Source: Balanoglossus misakiensis (Eukaryota; Animalia; Hemichordata). Taken from it: 64,000 nucleotides of DNA. The stretch lies in NCBI GenBank assembly GCA_040954595.2, contig CM082576.2, positions 13,519,129 to 13,583,128 on the forward strand. Reading direction: 5' to 3'. A program made the position numbers and the translations under genes. The notes beneath the pieces were generated by a model. That model worked only from the letters and a program-made list of their open reading frames with translations, was not told the DNA's origin and made no database searches. Positions 57,629-64,000 of this stretch are shown here, piece by piece (position 1 is the first letter of the stretch; each line of letters begins with the position of its first letter).

Positions 57629-59629
57629 CCATGATGAAATTCGATGGGAGTATATTCTGTCGCCCCTGTGGTAGAAATTGGTCAGTTTGATCTTTGAAAT
57701 ACCAACACCTTTTGGTAAATGGGGGTGATGTAGTGATTTCCTTTCTTATTCAAAAGCAGACTTCAGTTCTGCGAATGCAATCAGGTCAGACAAAATGTCT
57801 GGATGGGACACAGGGGATATGTTCAGCTGCTAAATCATAGTGTTCTGCACTGTAGCCCAGATGTCTCAAGCGACCATTGCCATTCAACCCAGAAGAGTGG
57901 AAAGCTAACGGCATGGTGATTATGCCATTTTCTGTTATTATGTTGCCGTCGACGGACAAGTCTTTTTTTAAATTCAATGTGTATACTGCAGGGAAATAAC
58001 CAGGACACCGTCAGCATTGTTGTTCACTCATTGCAGAAAAGGGGTCGGGGAGACTGGGACGCGTCATCTCTCTGACCTTGACATTGGCCATTTCTAAGGA
58101 CACGGGAAGGTGAATAATTTATTGAAAGAGGTTTTTGTCCCAGTCATTTTTTCCTGGGAAATACAAATGTAATTACACATCTTCAGCGATCGGGGAGTTT
58201 GCCTACAATTTTAAGTGAACAAATTAAAATGTGTTGAAAACGACGTGAGTCTGAGTTGAGTCTGAGTTGACGCAAGTTGGTCAGAGTGATATCGCGAATA
58301 CGTTGCAACGAACTAGTTTCGGCTATGGGCCGATCGTCCGGATAACTTTAATCAAAAGCGCACACGCAGAAGTTGTTTTATGACCAGGACGAAACTAAAC
58401 CAGAAAATAAAATTGGAAAAGATTAAAAGTTCAAATTTATGAAATGTACCCCGGCCGAAACTTGTCCAAAGTTTGCGCTCAGCAAGTTTGAGAGTAGATT
58501 CGGTCTTTCTTTGAGAGCAACATTGAAAGTTTTAATCTATCAAATCAAATCAAACCAAATTTACTACTGGAACAAAGACAACACCTGAATATTAAGGGGA
58601 AAACGAAAACAAAAGCGAAAAATTAAAAATATTTCTTTCCGAAAATACAATGCAGTATAGACTCTCTCACATTTCCAAGACAATTCGACGTGACTGATAA
58701 AGTTGAAGAAAGTTTGTCACCGTATAGTTAGTACATCGTTGAATATTAATGATATCATCGAACACGTGATTCAAGCACCGTCTTTGCTGCCGCTTTATCG
58801 CTGAACATTAAACAACGCAGTGATTATAGAAAGGGGAAGAGAAACTTCAATCTCGATTTCTTCAAATAAACTAGAGTATTTTTTTTATTTTTCTCTTCGG
58901 AGTCAGTGGAAACAAAGGAAGGGTAGGTAGGCCTATCTGTTGGTAGTCGGGAATGTTGAGGGAGTTAGGGGGTAGCAAATAATTGACCGGGTCGAGAGAA
59001 AAAAAGGTGACGGGATAAATGGAATCAGCCGAGGACTTTGCTAAGTGTCGATCATGATTCTTAGCGGAAATTCACGGTGCCCAACGAAAACCGAGACGCC
59101 TATAAGTTGCAAGCCTAATGACTATTACTCTATTACACTGATTTAGTTTACGGATCTTTCCTTTCGCTCGCTCTCTATCTCTCGCAAAATGGTCACCATT
59201 CTGTTGAGCTTTTTTTATCCCGCAAGTCTCCACGTCAAAAATAGACAGCGAAATAAGGGCGCTTTCAAGTATATGACAGGGCGGGGGGTATGTCTGAGGA
59301 ATTTAGGGTCGGTCGCTCACAGAAAGGGCGAAACTCTTCCACGACACTTTGCTATAAGTGTGACCCTCTAGTCCGTGCTTGCCGTAAAATGTGCCCCGAT
59401 GGTCTATGGTAAATTTTGACAGCGGCATCCCACCAGAACATATCAAAATGAACCCAAATGCACAACTTATTGAAGCTTCCCCGTGTTAACAACTATACGA
59501 CTTCAGACAACTGGACAAGCAACACACAATTCTTGAAAAAAAAATGAAATGAACACATCTGGCCTGCTTTGGAAGAACTTGCATGACTCTTGATTAAAAA
59601 TACGTTTATGTTAATTTGTTACTATCAGT

Positions 59630-59763
59630 GGATGGCAAAATATGACCCCAGACGTAGGGTTAAGTATTGCAACCCTCCCTCTGAAGTAGGTTTGTAAAAT
59701 GTGACCCCCTCCCTCCGATTCCTCTTACCCCCCCCCCCACCCCGTTATAACTGAAAGCTCCCT
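59630..59763. mobile_element. Probable truncated end of a non-autonomous repeat with C-rich subrepeats
   Basis: Subrepeats AAAATATGACCCC, TTGCAACCCTCCCT and AAAATGTGACCCCCTCCCT, then a C-run, ending GTTATAACTGAAAGCTCCCT. This resembles MITE ends I associate with marine invertebrates. No partner inverted repeat was found nearby. Confidence 0.4.
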
Positions 59764-60255
59764 GTAAGCTGAACCGATAATAGAAAACACGGTGGGTGCT
59801 TGTCAATTCTTGAAAAGCGAGTCGCTAGTTATTTTTGTTTATTTTATGAAGTAGAGTTATTAATTGTATATCCCTATCCCCGATTAATATTCTGTACAAT
59901 TTATTACAAATTATTTTTTTTACCAATCTACATTTCTATATTGTGATGCCAAGACCCCACTCTATGACTCGAGTTCCATAAACCAATAAGGTCAAGTATT
60001 TTAGCAAGTCACAGCATGCGGCAATCCTCAAATTATGTATACTCGTAACTGCAGCCTGATTTACGGATGTCACAAGTTGAGAAAGAATGACAACTTAAAA
60101 ATTATCACTGTCTTGCCGCGCAACAAGCAATCCCTCGACTTTGTTATTAAGCGGGAAAACGTTCTCTCGGTTCTGAATAAAAATGGAAATAATCCTTCCA
60201 ATTTTCGCTGGAATGCTAGTTTCCAGGATCATTATTTTGAATGAAAGAAAATGGG

Positions 60256-60437
60256 TTAAAGGTATACGGTCACCTCCAATTTACATATCGCCATATATAG
60301 TTGAAATGGCGTATTTGAGTGTTCTAAAGAACGCTTTATTTTCGCGTGTGCCACCCACTGAAAATCCGTGATTGGTTAGATCTCGATTTACCATGGTAAC
60401 TGTGGCTAAATTTGTATAGGTGACCGTATACCTTTAA
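60256..60437. mobile_element. MITE (non-autonomous DNA transposon), 174 bp, TTAA target-site duplication, Kolobok-like termini
   Basis: TTAA (60256-60259), then AGGTATACGGTCACCT (60260-60275), and at the other end AGGTGACCGTATACCT (60418-60433), then TTAA (60434-60437). This is a perfect 16-bp terminal inverted repeat. Purine-purine 5' termini with a TTAA duplication fit Kolobok rather than piggyBac, which has CC termini. Confidence 0.8.
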
Positions 60438-63400
60438 CAGTTTGTCCTAGCGCGCAATTTTAAAATGTGTTTGGGCAGAACGTGGGATATCCATGGAATG
60501 GCGCTGAACGCGCGAACAACTCGCACATCTTCCACTCTTTTATCAGCTTAATTTTCCGTTGATGCTCAAGGCTGACACGCGGTGTAACCTGGTTTTAGAC
60601 GGGATTGTTGCCTGATTTGAGAGCTGGCATCTGCCGAGGGCACAGTTGGACATATCTTGAACCGTCTCGCTCCTAAAAAGAACACGAAACAATTAGGAAT
60701 AAGCCGTCTACCACAACCATGCCCTCCGGTCGCCCTTTAATATGGAGGAAATGTGAGGAAAACGGTGGAGGACAGAGATAAAGTCTGAGTGTGCGCATAC
60801 CCCTTGCCGCGAAGCCACGACAGAGTGCCTAAATATATATATTTCACAGGAAGGGAGAAGTTGACCGAGGCGGATTTATTTTCGCGCGCGCGCGATATGC
60901 AAAGCAGCACGGCGGATCGGAGTAGCCCAGTTGCATGCATGCAATGTCAGTCTAATGTACTGATTAGATCAGGGGCTCTAGTTAAAACCCAATTAGAAGT
61001 ACTGGAAAACGCTTGCTTAATGGCGCTTGATTGAACTCCTAACATGGCGAATCCTCGACGGGGGAAATAACACGGACGGGTATAAACTGATATTGTAGCA
61101 AGCTCCTCCCCGCTCATTACCGCTCGGGAACTTTACACCCTAATGCTCTCGTTGAAATTGTATCTTGCTGGTATTCTCTTTAATACTTGTTTGTCCAGAC
61201 GCGGGATAATTTTACCGCGCAAATATTAAAACAACAGTCTTTGCGTGTATTCTGTCGTCTGGACCGATCTTGGGTCATCTTGCCGCGCAGAGTAGGGCTT
61301 CTTTACAAACAAAAAAAAGTATTCGGTTCCTCTCACACGCAGAATTTTGCAGCGAAGGACAATTTAAAAGTGGGGTAATGTAAATACCTATCAAATATTT
61401 ATCTATTCATTTAACTTGGGGTATTCATATAAACACACACTTAACAAATTGGCCTTCCCTGCCACAGACTGGCGGGGGTGTATCGCTGTTAACAACTGAC
61501 CATCCACCAGTCATCAAGAAAGTCGGTTTTTGCAAAAAGTTTACATTATCACCGGTATCCCTGTGATCCGACCCAAGCATGCCTGGAAAACATCTCGTCG
61601 GCTTGGAAAGCGCGCACCCGGCCAACACTGAAGTTGGGGAGGCCCCGGGGGGCTTAGCTTTGGTCGGATGAGAACCAAACACCAATCAAAAAGCCAAACA
61701 GACGCGCTTAATAATACCATCGGATTCGTCTGAGAAACTGCGCAGTAAACACGAGAGTTCAAACACCTGTATTTGATCCAGAAACTGACGGGGGGAGCAC
61801 CGCGGGAGATTAAAATAATTTGGTGCAATTGAATTGGGATCTCTGAGATCGCGTTCAGCGTGGCATTGCTGCCCCCCTTTGCCCTTTGTCACTTGCAAGT
61901 TTAATACATGTATGGAGGCATGGCACACTTGGATGGAGCCGATGATTCTGCATCCGACGACAAATAAAAAAAGGTTACATCTTTGACGCCGTCTCCTCAT
62001 CGCATCTCATTCTTTCTCGCTGACTTATCACTCACTCGCATGTAAGCTAATCCGGCGTTAAGTTGGCTATCGCCATGACGACCATCTCTGATAAGGACCA
62101 GCCTTTTTTCATCTTAACCCTTTTGGTAATCTACTCGGCCGGGATATCAGATGGGAGATAGCTGATCAGTGAAATTTCATGGCTCGTGGCTAGTTTATTT
62201 TCACATGTCTCGACTAATGAGCCGTTGCTCGGTGTTATTAGCAGTTCGCCTTGATTACAGATATGCGCGGATAGAAAGTCCTCTGCGCCCCCGTGAAACA
62301 GAAGTTACGGCAGCCCTTGGCATCTCTGGTGATTGAAACCTCGGTGCATTTTAATACAATGGATTATATGCGGGTCTCAGCGGGCCCTCGGACCATTATT
62401 AATCTTTGCCTGCCTCTCTCTCTTTACTCGGCTGACTTGACCACTTTTTTTAAAACAAAGATACTCCTTTGAAAAATTCACAAGCTGCTAATCTGGAGAG
62501 GTCAGATCACAGACTGACAGCGGAGATTTGTCCACTGACACTTGGCATGATCCCCTTCGTGGAGAGTATTATTATTAAACACGGCGTTTTAACTAGTCCG
62601 CGGGCCTCCGGCTTACGGTTCAAGTTGCACGTTTAAAAAAAAAACAGCCGTTGCAAATATCAGAAGTGAGCTATGCGATCTCTTAACCCCGAGAGGACAC
62701 ATCGGAGGTTGACTGAAGATTACATCCCGTCAATGAGAAGACTCGGAAAAAGACACCCGATTCTCTACTTGAAAACTAAATCGAAATGTTACAAACGTTT
62801 CTTGTATTATTCAAACTCGTTTAAAATTTCACCCTGTCATTCTTCCGACGTGCATCTATAGTTTTGGCGTGTTTCTTTCAAGTGGAGTTCGACAACCGAG
62901 ATTAGTTTTTTTTCTATTCGGTACTGATTATTGCATTTCCATTTCCGAGAGTTTATTTCTGCCGTATTTTCGACGTCGCAGGGCAACGTAACAACATCAT
63001 GTACACGATGAAAAGATTAGACGATACAACTGCGTTGAAACGCGCATGCGCGGTATATTGTTGGGCAGTCAGGTATCCACGCACACATTTGCCTCACATC
63101 AACAGACACACACTCGATCGGTATCGATGGTAAATACGCAATTACAGCAAATATACACTGCATAATGAGAGGTGGGATTTTTTGTGTGAGCCAGATCAAA
63201 ATCTTATTCATGGATCGACTCGCACGATTTCTAAAACCGAGTATAATCGTCCTTCGCAAGGTCTTCGGTTTCAAGGTAACTTCACCGGAAGTGAGCATTA
63301 TACTCTCCCCTGTCGTCCTTGAGAAGTGGTAAACGTCACACAGGACACAGATTCGAACGTGATTGCTATAAAAAGATGGACTGAATCATTTCTTTTGGCG

Positions 63401-64000
63401 AGGGTAAAGGACCGAACGGCGCTGAACCTTCCCAAAAGCCACGGCGTGATGTCAGTCCACACAAATCGTCGCGGGTTTATTGGAAATGTGCTCGACAGAA
63501 GCAAAACGAAAGCGAACGTGTCGAAATTGAATTTCATGCACTCAATTTTGCTATTCCCTTCACCAGTCGCCAATTGCTATGCGATGGCGGAAACGCGCAT
63601 GTTTGTCCAGGCGGGTCACGATCCGCCTTTCATTATTCTCCATCGATTCCGAAATTGACACCTTTTTTCGGTCAAAAACTAACAAAGTGCAACTGTCCTC
63701 ACTAGAAACGTCATCTGGTTAACTTTGGCCGCCGTGTTCGGGCCCGCGACCAAAATGCGTTTATTCTAATAATGTAAATTTAATAAACTGCTCACAACAC
63801 ATTCGGTGTGTGTGTACCATAAGTCCGCTCGATTTCGCTGAGCATTCAGAGAAACAAAAGCGCTTTACGGTTACTGTGCGTAAATACGTGCCCAGCGTTT
63901 AGCTTCAATTGTGCAGCGACGCCGGTATGTTTGTTTTATTGAAAGGCACACTGTTATACCATATTGGGCACACTGCGACACAATAACGCGGGTTTTTTCA

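Overview
Eukaryotic (animal) genomic DNA, not prokaryotic. The only protein-coding gene I can support is a Six3/6 (Optix-family) SINE-class homeobox gene on the + strand. Coding exon 1 spans 35229-35800 (SIX domain plus homeodomain). It is followed by a 4.3 kb intron with a non-canonical GC donor (35801-40107) and by coding exon 2 at 40108-40291, giving a predicted 251 aa protein. The gene sits in an otherwise non-coding stretch of about 60 kb. That stretch contains Pbx/Meis-type motif clusters, microsatellites, a 29-31 bp minisatellite, a 173 bp tandem duplication and a TTAA-flanked MITE. The protein and sequence style suggest a marine invertebrate deuterostome, possibly a hemichordate; this is inference only. 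The most interesting unexplained structure is a set of strong + strand splice signals around the gene. These are an AG|GT ratchet-like site in the middle of the intron, a 10-nt microexon plus terminal exon about 15 kb downstream that would give an in-frame alternative C-terminus, and a 66-nt exon about 13 kb upstream. All are predictions from motifs and need RNA evidence. Nearly all other ORFs in the supplied track look like chance or repeat-derived.
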